A program made the translations under genes and the position numbers. From Vicugna vicugna (taxonomy: Eukaryota), in assembly GCA_013265495.1 (NCBI GenBank), contig MU058781.1, positions 2,210,158-2,274,157 on the forward strand: a DNA stretch of 64,000 nt. The letters are read 5' to 3'. Under the pieces are notes generated by a model, which was not told the DNA's origin, ran no database searches, and saw nothing but the letters and a program-made list of their open reading frames with translations. Below are positions 1 to 11,940 of this stretch, piece after piece; the stretch's first letter is position 1, and each line of letters begins with the position of its first letter.

Positions 1-119
1 CAGCCCCATTTTTTTGGCACAGTCACTGAAATTCTTGGTTAAAGTCCATGGCTTTATGCTTTTCATCCGTCTTTCAATGTCAATACCCCCAACTGAGTCC
101 CTTTGGCCCTTTTCACTTC

Positions 120-455
120 AGTGCACACATGGCAGACTGGAAGGACAGCGAAGGAACACCCTTGGCAGCAGCACTCAGCCAGTGACTGGTGGGGAACGGT
201 GTACAAGCACTCCAGCTGCCTTGTCCCTTGGGTGGGATGCTTCTGGCATACACCTTACTCTCTCACCTAGAGCACCCCATGGGCTCGAGCTCCAGTTGCT
301 CATGGTGGTAACTAGCTTGGTAATTGCTTGGCTTCCTTCTCCCTCTTTCACTCCCCAGCTCTCCTGCTGGTGTTCTGGGATCACCTCCCAAATAAACTAC
401 TTGCACTTGAATTCTTGTCTCAGGGTCTATTTCCAGGCAAATCCAAACCAAGAAA
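120..455 (+). mobile_element. ERVL LTR (LTR16-like) fragment
   Basis: 3' end tcacctcccaaataaactacttgcacttgaattcttgtctcagggtct...ccaaaccaaga resembles the LTR16 terminus. Confidence 0.65.
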
Positions 456-594
456 GGACCTTACTGGAAAAATCCCAGGTAACTCACAGACGGATGAAGA
501 TGAATAGGGGACAAGAGATGCCAAGGAATAAGATACACTGCCATTCTTGATTCATGGGAACATCTGGTTGGGATGCCCCTTCGAGACACCACAT

Positions 595-815
595 CTTCTA
601 GAACATGCATTCTCCACAGGAGTGATATCACCCCCGAAGGGGCAAAATACATGAACTCTTCTCTTTGTGTATAAAGCATGGATATACATACAGTACATAA
701 GAAGATATACTGTGTATCTGTTGTCTTAAAATTATATGGTGGGAAGAAATTTAGGGGAAAAGTGTCTAAAAAGCCTCCTTAGTAGAGCAATAATGAAAAA
801 ATGGTCGAGACACAT
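595..815. mobile_element. hAT-type MER DNA transposon relic
   Basis: Terminal-like sequence gtctaaaaagcctccttag...aataatgaaaaaatggtcgagacaca. Confidence 0.4.
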
Positions 816-1634
816 AGTTTTAGACACAGTGCCACGAATGATACACTGCTGCCCGGAATTCTAATCACAGCATCACCTTCTTAAGGATCATGGTCTGATG
901 GGAATATCTGATAGACAGAGTATATATCACATGATCCAGTTCTAGTTGTAGGGGTGGGGATAGGGAACATCTGCCCATTTCCCCTTCTGCTGTAGCTGTC
1001 AGAGTCCAGCTTTCCCCTAAGACTCACAAAATAGAGTCCTCCTCTCAAAATCTGAAGGAGGTCTAGGTGTTCTGAACAGTTGTGGACCTTGAGGAGTTTG
1101 AGGGCTCGATCTTGGAAACTCCTGATTTTGCCTCCTTCCAGAAAGTAGAATTTACTCAGAGGTGCTTGTGGGAGACATCAAATATGTCTTGGGTTATTAA
1201 AGTATACCAGAGGTTTATAAACTATTCATCAGAGCAGCTTTTAAAATAGGCAACAGTCTAGTTCAGTGTTGTTGAGAGAAAAATGTGAGGTAAGAGAGAT
1301 ATCCTTTTTGATATCCCCTTGGATTTGGACCTTTAAGTTCATGCACATATACATTTTGGAAACAGGCATTTAGAAGTACTAATTCAGCTAGATGTCACCC
1401 CACCCCTACGGGATGGTGGAGAGATAACACTACTCAGGAGATCTCAGCATTGCCAGTGGCCAGGGGTGGGATCACAAGCAAGTCTGTTGCTTCTCTTACT
1501 GTTTGAGAAGGGTGTTGCACTAAAGGATTTTAGGGTCTCTTCTATTTCTGCCATTTTACATATCAAGGGAGGTAGGAAGAGGGGATGGAGGAAAAGAAGA
1601 AAAGGAGGAACAAAATATGTATTGTGGCTTTCTC

Positions 1635-1820
1635 ATGTGTCATGATCCTTTAACTCTAATAATACCAAGGAGAAGACTTTATTATTTTCATTGCGTAATG
1701 AGGAAGTTGAAGTTTAGAGAGGTTCAGTCACTTGCCCAAGTTCACTCAGAAACTAAATAACACTCAAACCAAGAATTGTCTGATTTTGAAAGTCATGTAC
1801 TTTCCACCAAACCGCACTGT
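1635..1820 (-). mobile_element. MIR SINE
   Basis: MIR core atgaggaagttgaagtttagagaggttcagtcacttgcccaagttcac. Confidence 0.7.
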
Positions 1821-2750
1821 CCCAAGTTCTAAGGGAAATATTAGAGTCAGTAACTGTGCTCTAGGTGTTTTTCCTTCCCCTGATTTTGGGTGCACTCTCT
1901 TAGATGCCTGGCTCCCGTGTTGCTCAGATCCTAAGCTATCTCAGCCTGGTATGCATCTCCTTGCCAGTGCCCTACATCAACTCTCTTTCCTTCCCTATTT
2001 TCAGCTTTCTTTGCTCTCACTGAAATGCACAGTCAGGAGTCTGTGAACTGCGCTGAATGAACTACCCAGGCTCTCAGGACTGAGTGCTGATAGCTTGCTA
2101 ATCTGCTTAATATATATGTTAATGGGAGAAGGATAAAGCAGCAGCAGGTCTTCTCTGCCTTGAAGCTGTGGAGCGAATTAGATGTTCATTTCAGTCCAGT
2201 ATCTCTAAAACATACATCCATATAAACTGTGAGTACAGGGCTGAACACTACTAATTCACAATAGATAATGCTTCTAGTGTAACAGCAAAAGCCCTGGACC
2301 ATGAACTGGGAGAGCAGAGTCCAAGCTCCATCTCTGGCAGGAAAGAGAGGAGCGTGGTGCAGAAAAATAAGGAGAGGCAAAGAAGAGGTTCCGAGCACAC
2401 GCCCTACTTAGTCACAAAATCACTCCCAAGGCAGCCATCAGGTCAGCCCCAGCCTAGGGTCATTCACCAGGTTGATGTGTGTGTTGCACTGGGCAGAGAT
2501 CAGAAATGCAGAATGAATTAAAATTTTGGAAATTTGATTAGAAATAGGTGACCAGTGGCAACTTCTGAAAAGATGTGATTACATTTTCTCCTCTAAAAGA
2601 GCATAATGATTAAATTTCCCCCACGGTAATCCAGAGGCAATGTGATCTGGTGGGAAAAGCTGTGTATTGGGAATCAGAGGACCTTGGTTTGGGCCCTGGT
2701 CTTCAGTGAGTTGAGTGAATCTTCTGAGCTTCCTTTTTCCCTTCCTTCTT

Positions 2751-4869
2751 TTTAAATCAATTTTACTGAAGTACAATTTACATACAATAAATATACCAAT
2801 TTTAAGTGTACAGTTGATAAAGTTTGATAAATGGATATGTTTACTGTAATCAAGGTATATGACTTTTCCATCAGCCCTAATTTATCATATATAAAGCTAC
2901 AATGGTTATTTAATTATTCTTGAGTAAGGTTTGACAATTTGTGCTTTTCAATTAATTTGTCTATGTCACCTCTGCTATCAAATTTATTGGCAGAAAATCA
3001 TTCATAATATTTTCCTATTATGTTATCAATGTCTGCAGGATCTTCAGTGATGCCTCCTTTTGCATTCTATATATTGGTAATTTGTGTCTTCTCTCTTTAG
3101 CTAGAGGTTATCAATTTTATTCTGAAATAGTTCTTTTAAAAGAACTAGATTTGTTTTTTATTGATTTTTTTTCCTATTGCTTATCCATTTTCTTTTTTGT
3201 TACTTCTGCTTTTATCTTTGCTATTCCTTTATTCTACTTACTTTGAGTTTAACTTGCTCTTCTTTTTCTAAGTTATTAATGTTGGAGCATATATCATTGA
3301 TTCCAGATTTTTTTCTACTTTAAGCATTCAAATCTGTATATTTCCCCTTAAGTACTTAAGTACTGCTTTAGCTGCATCCCACAAGTTTTGATATTTGTGT
3401 TTTCATTATAATTCAGATAAAATATTTTCTAATTTCCCTTTTCAGTTTTGGGTAATTTTGTAATTTATTGTTTGATGACCAAATATGTGGACATTTTCCA
3501 GATATCTTTGGTTACTAATAACTAATTAAACCCTGTCATAGTCAAAGAACATTCTTATTATGGTTTCAATCCTTTCAAATTCATTGAGATATGCATTATG
3601 GCCCAGTATATTGTGTGACTTGGTGGATGTTCAACGTGCACTAGAAAAAGATATGCATTCTGTAGTTAGGTCTAGTGGCCTGTAACTGTTAATTAAATCA
3701 GAAGGGCTGATTATGTTTTCTAATACTTAGTGATATTTTTTGTGTGTGTATGTGTTTTCATGATGTATTTTTCTCTCTTCCTACTTTTAACCTGTCTGTA
3801 TCTTTATAGTAAAATGATTTTATGTAAACTGAAAATAGTAGGATCTTGCTTTATGACCCACTGTGACAAGCTCTGTCTTTCAATTTGTGTGCTTAGACTC
3901 TATACATTTAATGTAATTATCAATACAGCTGGGTTTAAGTCTATCACCTTAGTATTTTTCCATATGTCCCATGTGTTCTTTGTTCCTTTTCCTCTTTTCC
4001 TGACTTCTCATCCATCAATTACTTTTTAGTTTCCCATTTCAATTCCTATATTGGTTTGTTAGTTGTAACTCTTTGCTTTCTTTTTTAGTGATTGCTCTAA
4101 GATTTACAGTATGAATTTTAAAAGCATCGCAGAATACATTGAAATAATACTGTCATTTCACTTACAATACACAACTTTTGGCCACATTTACTCACATATT
4201 TACCATTTGTGTCATTTTTCATATCCTTGTACAGAGATGAGTTTCCATTTGTTAGTATTTTGTTTCTGCCTGAAGAAACTTCTTTAACATTTTTTATTTT
4301 ACAGATTTGCTGGTGATAAATTGTCTCAGCTTCTGTTTCACTGATAAAAATCTTAGTTTGCCTTCATATTTGAAGGATATTTCTTCTGGATATAAAATTA
4401 TATGCTGACAGCTTTTCTTTCTTTCAATACTTTAACGATTTTCTTCCAATATCTTCTAGCTCACGTTGTTTCTGACAAGAGGCCCTTGGTAATACTTATT
4501 TTTGTTCTCCATGTATAATGTGTCATATTTTTCCCTCTGGCTGCTTTTAAGGCTTTCTTTTTCACACTAGCTTTTGAGCAATTCAATTATTATGTACGTT
4601 GGTATGGTTGTCTTTGTATTCACCCTGCTTGGGGTTTCACTGAGCTTCTTGTATCCATGAGTTTACAGTTTCCATCAAGTTTAGAAATTTTTTATCCATT
4701 ATAACTTTAAAAATTATTTCCACTTCCCCTTTTTATTTTCTGGGACTCCAATTATACAATATTAGATTGCTTAATGTCATCTCACATACTACTAAGCCTC
4801 TATTCATATTTTTTTTCAATCTTTATCTCAGTGCTTTAGTTTGGATAACTTCTGTACCTATGTCTTCAA
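2751..4869 (-). mobile_element. Old L1M element, 3' half of the split element (3' end, ORF2 5' part, ORF1)
   Basis: T-rich antisense L1 signatures (ctttagctgcatcccacaagttttgatat; ttgccttcatatttgaaggatattt; tctgggactccaattatac). Confidence 0.85.
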
Positions 4870-5580
4870 TGTCTTCTATGCAGAACCATTTTAACAGATG
4901 ACAGCTGAATTACAGGTTAGTGTTAAGCCAATTTTAAGTATACAAGAGAGATCCTGATAGTCCTAGACTTGGCTTAAGTCTTATATTAGGGATAATAGCT
5001 GACCCCCAGAATCTGAATTCTCTAGATGTTTATCTTATTTTGGCTTTTCATCAATTCCTCCATACACACACCTTTAAATGTAATGAAGAATTCAGAATTT
5101 GAAAAACTGCATGACATTTAGCTATTTGCATTATGTTTAGACAATGTTGAGTACTCAGTGGCCCGACTTATTCAAATAGTACCTCATCCTTTCTCAGTTT
5201 TCTAGATTTGATTATTGGAGGACTTCAGTGGAAGAGGAAACCATGCATGCTATCCCATTAAATAAAATCAAAATGTATAGATTCATACTATTTCCTTAAA
5301 CAACTTTGAGATATTTGGTAGTTCAGTTTTAGTGACAAACATATATTAACACATCATTTGTTTCAGAGAAGAAAGTGTTTAGGAAAAATTTGAAATTTAC
5401 CATGATAAATGTTATTATTTATAATCTCCCACTTTTCAAAAGTTTTCTGTATGCCACTTTGCTTTTATGAAAGACCTACATTAGTACCTGATTTGGCTAA
5501 ATGAAAGAAATCCAAGAGGATTTTCACTTCTATGAAAAAGAGACAAAAAGTGCAAATAGCTTTGTTTGTTTGTTTTGCAG

Positions 5581-5750
5581 CAAGCCATTATCGACATGGC
5601 ACACATCCCAAGCATGGAGAGTGGTATTACCAAGCTCCTTCCCCAGGAACCGCACTCAGCATCAAGCTGCCACAGCTTTGAACTGTGTCTGTGAGCACCT
5701 GTACTTTATCTTGATTTATTCTGTGCATCCATTAGCAAGATGTGCTTAAG
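5581..5750 (+). pseudogene. Orphan internal exon-like segment (170 bp), unidentified parent
   Basis: Acceptor tttgtttgttttgcag| and donor AAG|gtaatt; more GC-rich than its AT-rich flanks. Frame 1 reads QAIIDMAHIPSMESGITKLLPQEPHSASSCHSFELCL*APVLYLDLFCASISKMCL with a single TGA. Confidence 0.35.
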
Positions 5751-6449
5751 GTAATTGCTTTTTGCTTTGTAGCATGTTGGCTTAGGAAAGGTTTCTACTC
5801 TTGGACAGCAGGGTAAATTTTATTTATATAAATGTATCCATATCATCATATGTAAGAATACTTTCTTAAATTGTTATCAAAAATGTTGTTTGTGTGCATA
5901 AGGGTGTTGGTTTTATTATGCCCAGAGATAGATTAAACTGACGACTAAAATAAAATGAAAGGCAAAACAGTACAGAACTCCTAAAATGTGGAGCTTTTAA
6001 CTTAATAAACTAGCAAACTTGCAAATTATTCTACTGTCTTTTGCATATAAGCTGTAAAAATAACTCTCCTCATAATAAAGCCCAACGTCTTCCTCTCTAT
6101 GACCAGGATAAAATCTGAAATTAAAACATGATTAATCCATGAAAATTTGATTCACACAATTTATACGAAAGGTCACTCAATTTAGACGCGAGGCTGTACG
6201 AAACGACAGGCAAGAGGCATGAAGAGGCAGGTAGGAAGGGCATGGAGCCTGGAACTGTATCACCATTTCAGTGAGTGTCCCTAAAGGTGAAGAGGGTGGA
6301 GATGAAAGCCCAGGAGAAGGTGACAGAGAGACTGTATGGAGGAGGAGGAAGCAAAGTGCTTACATCAGTAGACGTCCAGCCAGGATCCCCGAATGGCTCC
6401 AGGAGGAATGAAATCCTGCATCTCAGGGACATCCAAAGAGAGTCCTCCA

Positions 6450-7400
6450 GCTCCTGACACCTGCCCACCATCACGACGCTGTGACCAGCCTTTCCGCCTA
6501 CAACATTGGGCAGGCCTGGAGAGCTGGGGGAGGGGTCCCCATCTGGGTTCCGCATCCACCACACGGCCGCCATCTCCTACTTCTGGTGTGACGCCTTGCA
6601 CCTGGTGGGCCTGAAAACAGCCCAGGACCGTGGCATTTCCTCCAGACAGAGTCTGCGTATGCAAAGTTCCAGAGGCCTCCCCGGGGCTCCCTGAGCTGAG
6701 CGGGGCCTGGGGAGGCCGGCTGCCTGGGGATCTGGGCGCCGAGAACCAAGTCTTGGGCTTGTGGATGCGCAAATCGCATCGACGACGTGCTGGACAGAGA
6801 CACATTCGTCAGGGCCTCCACCTGCCCTGCCACAAAGCGACGACGGAGTCTCCACAGAAGCGGGCACAGGCACGCGGCGAGCGGAGGCCAGCGCTTCCGG
6901 CGCCGAATGTGCGCGCGCAGCCGGGTCTCGCCCATGCCGCGCACCGCGCGCCTCACGCCTCACCCCCCACCCCCGACGACGGCGACGGGATCCGCGCGCC
7001 GCCGAACTAAATGCAGGCGGGCGTGCGCGAGCTGTGGTCATGGAGCGCGCGCGGTTAGCGCGCTGCGACTCAAGGACCCTGGCCGGGTCGCCGTCCACCA
7101 CAAGCTCCTTGTCCCCCTGCGGCGACTCTGTGGGCACAGCCGTGAGTTCCCGCTGCTGGGCCTGACGCCCCTCATCCCTGAGGAGGAACGGCCGGCTCGT
7201 TGAGACCTTCCCGGCGGCCGTCGGGTGAAGGACGGCGCGGCCCTGTCAAGGTAGGGGCAGCGCCCGGGCGCCTCGCCGGCCGCACGCACCCCTTCGCCGT
7301 CCTGCCCTCCTGGGAAGAGGTCCCGGGGTCTCTTGTTTCCCACCATCTCTCTGTCGGGCTGGGGGCTGTGCGAGGGGCGCAGGTGGCTCAGCTGGCCCTT
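6450..7400. promoter_or_regulatory. CpG island with promoter-type motifs (ETS/GABPA, NRF1-like, YY1)
   Basis: The only strongly GC- and CpG-rich stretch in the window. CCGGAAG (minus) at 6894-6900, palindrome TGCGCGCGCA at 6910-6919, GAGATGGCGGC (YY1-like, minus) at 6566-6576. Confidence 0.8.
7040..7141 (+). other. Candidate first coding exon MERARLARCDSRTLAGSPSTTSSLSPCGDSVGTA (unidentified gene)
   Basis: Strong Kozak gtcATGG at 7040, then exactly 34 codons, then a phase-0 donor GCC|gtgagt at 7141/7142, inside the CpG island. Confidence 0.35.
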
Positions 7401-7479
7401 CCCTGTGAAGGGCACCCGTCTTTCAAGAAACAACTTTTCAAGCAGCATGAAATGGTAACTTGTTTTACCAACGCCCCCA

Positions 7480-8430
7480 AACTATTTTTTTTAGCTATGA
7501 GATTTTTCACTTCTAAAGTCCCATTTGGTTCTTTTTAATATTTTTCTGTCCCCTCATTACTCACGCTTTTCTTTAAATACTTGAACATATTTGTAATAGC
7601 TGTTTTAACATTTTTTTTCTGATCATTCCCTCATCTTTGTCATTTCTGTGTTTTGATGTACTGATTTGCCCCTTGATTGTCCGTTTCCCTGCTCCTCTTG
7701 GTAGGTCTAAGGATTATTGCTGAGATGATGGAGGATGTGAATATTACGTTGTTGAGAGGCTGCATGTTTTTGTCTTCCTTTAATGAATTTGAATTTCGTT
7801 TTGGCAGGTATTTAAGATATTTGTGGATCAGCTGGTCCTTTATAGGCTGCCTTTATGTTTTGAAGGCAGGCCAAGGTTGGCCTTTATTTTAGGGTTAATT
7901 TAGCTCTACTTCTGAAGTATGGCTCTTGTGGGGCATCTGCTAAAGCCCTGGTGTTGAGCGTGTTCTCTCCAGCACAGCTGGTTAGAATAGAATGCAAATG
8001 TTCCTACCCCCAGGATGAGCTCTAGGAATTGTTCAGCTTTATAATCTATGGTAGTTGTTTTATGCCTGGCTTTGTGGAATTTCACTCTCTGTATATACCC
8101 CTTAATATCCATAAAAAATTCAAGGGTAGCCCTATTCAAATTTCTGAAGCATTTTCTCTGTGTAGTTCCCTCTTCTCTAGTACTTTGTTTCATACATTCT
8201 AACCACTTTTGCCTCCTTGGATCGAGATGTCTGTATTCTCAATTCAGTGAGACTGCCATGCTCTGCTTGGGTTCCCTCATCCTGTGTCAAGGTCCAGAAA
8301 CTTCCTACAGGAAGAAAGCTGGCCCAATTGTAGTGCTCACATTGCTTGCTTTTGTTCTTTCAGTGGTTACAGTTTTGCACTGCTTATTTTCCAGTAACTA
8401 AAAAACAGTTGTTTTATACATTTTGTCTAA
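7480..8430 (-). mobile_element. Old L1M element, 5' half (ORF1 start and 5' UTR), continuing 2751-4869
   Basis: Resumes with tttttcacttctaaagtcccatttggttcttttt, collinear with the uninterrupted L1M copy at ~37520-37670. Confidence 0.75.
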
Positions 8431-8479
8431 GAACAAGTGTAGTATTAGATAATTCAATTTGAATGGAAGTGAAAGTCCT

Positions 8480-8990
8480 CTGTGTCTTATTCAATAAATC
8501 ACAGGTTCTAATAATACTTGCCTTGCCTATTTCATTATATGGTTATGAAGATAGAATGAGGTCATGTACATGAAAGTGCTTTGTAAACTGTAAAGTATTA
8601 TACAAGCCTGAGGTATAATAGTCATGATAACAATAACAATCATGATTAAATAAATCAGCAAGCAATTCAATAAGGCACAGCTCTTGATGATTAAGAATTA
8701 CAAAGAAATACTTCCAATCTAGGAGATTATGATATATACATTGAAAGTAGGTAACAAATTAAGATGTCAAATCGTATGTGCCATATAATAACACTTTGGC
8801 TTCTCTTCATTGAATACTTAAGGCTTGCTGGCTAAGTTCTTTATAGACATTATTTCATGCAACCCTTAAAAAGCTTGAAAGGTAGATATTAGTACTTTTT
8901 CTCCATGGATCAGGAAACAAAATTCAGGAAGGTTAAGTAACTGAGAAAATTTTCATAGAATGTGATAGAGCTGGAATTTAGACTTACAGG
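8480..8990. mobile_element. Two MIR fragments (8480-8620 and 8800-8990)
   Basis: ataatacttgccttgcc...catgaaagtgctttgtaaactgtaaag and ggaaacaaaattcaggaaggttaagtaact motifs. Confidence 0.6.
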
Positions 8991-9549
8991 TGTATCTTGA
9001 TTCTCCATTAGGAGGTTAGACCGTGAGTTTTATGAATTCAAAGATAAAGAGAGATATGTTGGCTTGAAGGCAGAGGGAACTCTTTATCCTGGAGGTGGAA
9101 GTTGAGATGGACCTTGAAGAAAATTTAAATAAGGGTAAATAGGAATCTAATTTTAGAGGAAAGGGATTACAGAAGCAAAGAAATAAAGATAATATGTTCC
9201 AGAGACAGTGATTACAGTAATTTTACTAGTTTGTAGGAGTAAGAGTAGGAGCTAAATTTGCAGCCAAATTGAGTAGGATGGTGATAAATTAACTTTAAGG
9301 TATTAAGCCATTACTTCAGTCTTAACATATCTTCAAGTATAAGGCAAATATTGGTTGTTATTCTTGTTATTTAAAAAAATTAATAGTAACCCATACCAAT
9401 ATATTTGACTATTAAGTTCTTTCCACAGACGTTATTCCATAATCTTACAATATTATGTAAAATCCATTTGTTTCTTTAATATCTATGAGTGTCTATTCTG
9501 TACTGGGCATGGAGGATGTAAAATTAAATCTGACATTGCTCCTGCTTTC

Positions 9550-9668
9550 GTTTGTTTGTTTGTTTGTTTATTTATTTATTTATTTAAATGGAGGTCCCGG
9601 GGATTGAACTCATGACCTCATGCATGCTAAATGCGTGCTCTACCACTGAGCTATACCCTACCCACCCC
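9550..9668 (-). mobile_element. tRNA-derived SINE (camelid Vic-1 type) with TSD
   Basis: Reverse complement gggtatagctcagtggtagagcacgcatttagcatgcatgaggtcatgagttcaatccccgggacctcc plus a (TAAA/CAAA)n tail; A and B boxes present. TSD gctcctgctttc (9538-9549) / gctcctgatttc (9669-9680). Confidence 0.9.
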
Positions 9669-9894
9669 GCTCCTGATTTCAAGGAAGTCACAATTAATTT
9701 TCAAGTATGAAGGTCTCTCAAGCAGACAGAAATTTGGGAGTAGAGTTCTGGAGTGAAGTCAAGGCTAAAAATGCAAATTTTTGGAGTTTCTGACACGTGT
9801 ACAGGAAACTTGTGTATTTTCTGGAGAGAAAAACAAAGGTGAGATTTAAGAGCAACCAAGAGCAGTTGGAACCTTTAAAAAAGTTTCTGAGTCA

Positions 9895-9916
9895 TACACA
9901 CACACACACACACACA
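9895..9916. repeat. (CA)n microsatellite
   Basis: Direct read. Confidence 0.9.
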
Positions 9917-11289
9917 CCCCTATTTTAGCTAATCTTGCAATATGGAGGTAATGAGAAAGGTCGCAGAGGAGTTATTATTATAATATGTACATTCCCTTGC
10001 ATCAGTGGAGTACTGGGTAACTGTGGAGAAATGGATATTGATATTATTTGGGTAATCAATATCTTTTTGATATTGAACTTTTTTTCGTGTGCCTCTTGGC
10101 CATTTGTATGTCTTCACTGGAGAGTTGAGTAATCAATATCTTTTTAATGCTTACGATAAACCTGTGGTTAAATGCTTCTGAGCTTGAACCGAGATTTATT
10201 TTCTTAAGGAAATGTGAATTGTTTTCTCAGGATCCTCATTATTGGGGTAGAAGAAAATAGCTCATTCTCAGAGGTTGAGCTGAATTATACTCATTTTGTT
10301 TGGGATGCATCTCCATTTCTTCAGGAAAAGATTTTATGGGGAATTAATAGCAATAAAATCTTACCGTCCACATATGACATGGCCCAGGATTTCTTTATCC
10401 AATCCTATGTTACTAGAGCAGACTGAGGGAGGGTTCTGAATATAAAGAATTGGGAGATCCTGGGGCCCTTAAACCAGCTGCTGATCTTGACCCCTCTCCA
10501 GTGATCCTGGAGGTCATGATCATTAAAAGCGGTCAGTGGGGGAGTTATCCCCACAGGGATGCTGGGTGAAGAGGTTTTCATTCGGGAGGGAAAAAGTGGG
10601 GAGAGGCAAAGGCAAGGGCCAGAACACTGGGGGAGGCCTGTGATTAGGAGATAGGAAAGACAGAAAGGATGGAGTGGAACAAAAGATGACAGCAGTCTCA
10701 GGAAAGGGTTGAATCATAGAAGATAAGGAAAAGAGATTCCGTCAGAATAAAGTACAGCTAAGTGAAAGGACACAGAAGGTTTTAAAAGATCTTTTATTTG
10801 GCTTTTCAAAGTCATTAGCAAAATTTTGAAATATAGTTTGTGATCTTAACTTTGACAAATCACCAAAGTGTTTTGTTAGTTGCCTTTTTGTTTCTGGAGG
10901 CTGATCCTGAAGATCAAATCAATTTATACACTTACATATATGTGAGTATTAAGTGTATTTGTTACTTAAAGATCATCTTACAGAGATAAACATGGGAGAA
11001 AAGAGGTTAAATATTAAGGCATATATAAGTTGATAATAGTTCAGGTGCCTTCTCTGTCCAGAAGCCCGTGGCTCCCCTTTGTCTAGAAGCCAAAGCACTC
11101 TTTCCATCTGAAAATCAAAGCCTTGCCCTTTGAGCTTTGTCTCCCAGGACAACCACACTGAATCCACTTTTTCCACATATGTGCCTTTGGTTACCCTTCT
11201 GCTTAGATTTTGATGCATTCATCTAAAAAATATTTAGATGCTTTCTGTTTACCAGGTAAGGGGGTTACAATGGAAACTAAGAAAGCCAC

Positions 11290-11940
11290 AGTCCCTGTAG
11301 CTAACATCAGACTTAATGGTGAAAAGCTGAATGCTTTCCGCCTAGTACAGGGAACAAGCAAGGATATGTACTCTCACAACTGCTGTTCCACAGAACTAGA
11401 AGTTCTACCGAGTGCAGTAACGAAGTTAAGGAACTAAAAGGCAAATGGATTGAAAAGGAAAGAAAGCTGTCCCTACTTTGATTACATGTTGTTCCACATA
11501 GTGATCCCAAAGAATATACAGAACTCCTACAACTGTTTAGTGAGTTCAGTATGGATACAAGGTAAATATAAAAGAACAACTATTTCTGTACACTAGCAAT
11601 TAACATGTAGAAATTGAAATTAAAAATATAATACTATTTACAGTTACTAAAAAAAAGAAATACTTAGATAAATCTAACAAGACATGTACAGGATTTATAT
11701 GCTGAAAACTACCAGACAATGATGAAAGAAGTCAAAGGAAATCTAAGTAAATGGAGAGATATTCCATGATGATGAATTGAAAGACTCAAGATGTCAGTTC
11801 TCCTCAAATTGATATACATATTTAATACAATTTCTATCAAAATCCAAGCAAGATTTTTTTGTAGGTATAGACAAGATTATTCTAAAATGTTTGTGGAAAG
11901 ACATAGGAACTAGAATATCTAACAATTCTAAAGAGAAAAA
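11290..11940 (+). mobile_element. L1M ORF2 (RT region) fragment
   Basis: Translates ANIRLNGEKLNAF, an L1 ORF2 motif; A-rich. Confidence 0.85.

Noticed and set aside
14..550. 178-aa ORF
   Set aside because: Non-ATG start and largely overlaps an LTR16-like repeat.
5686..5700. Selenocysteine reading of the in-frame TGA in the orphan exon
   Set aside because: No SECIS element or selenoprotein homology evident; a nonsense mutation or non-coding exon is more parsimonious.
4870..7479. Processed pseudogene or L1 transduction as the origin of the insert
   Set aside because: No poly(A)/poly(T) at either end, no TSD, and intron-like sequence with splice sites is retained.
6268..7538. Cluster of overlapping 100-186 aa ORFs on both strands
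   Set aside because: Expected from stop-codon scarcity in GC-rich DNA; Arg/Pro/Ala-rich low-information translations with no recognisable domain.
9590..9660. tRNA gene
   Set aside because: Simple-repeat tail, TSD and a degenerate stem indicate a tRNA-derived SINE rather than a functional tRNA.
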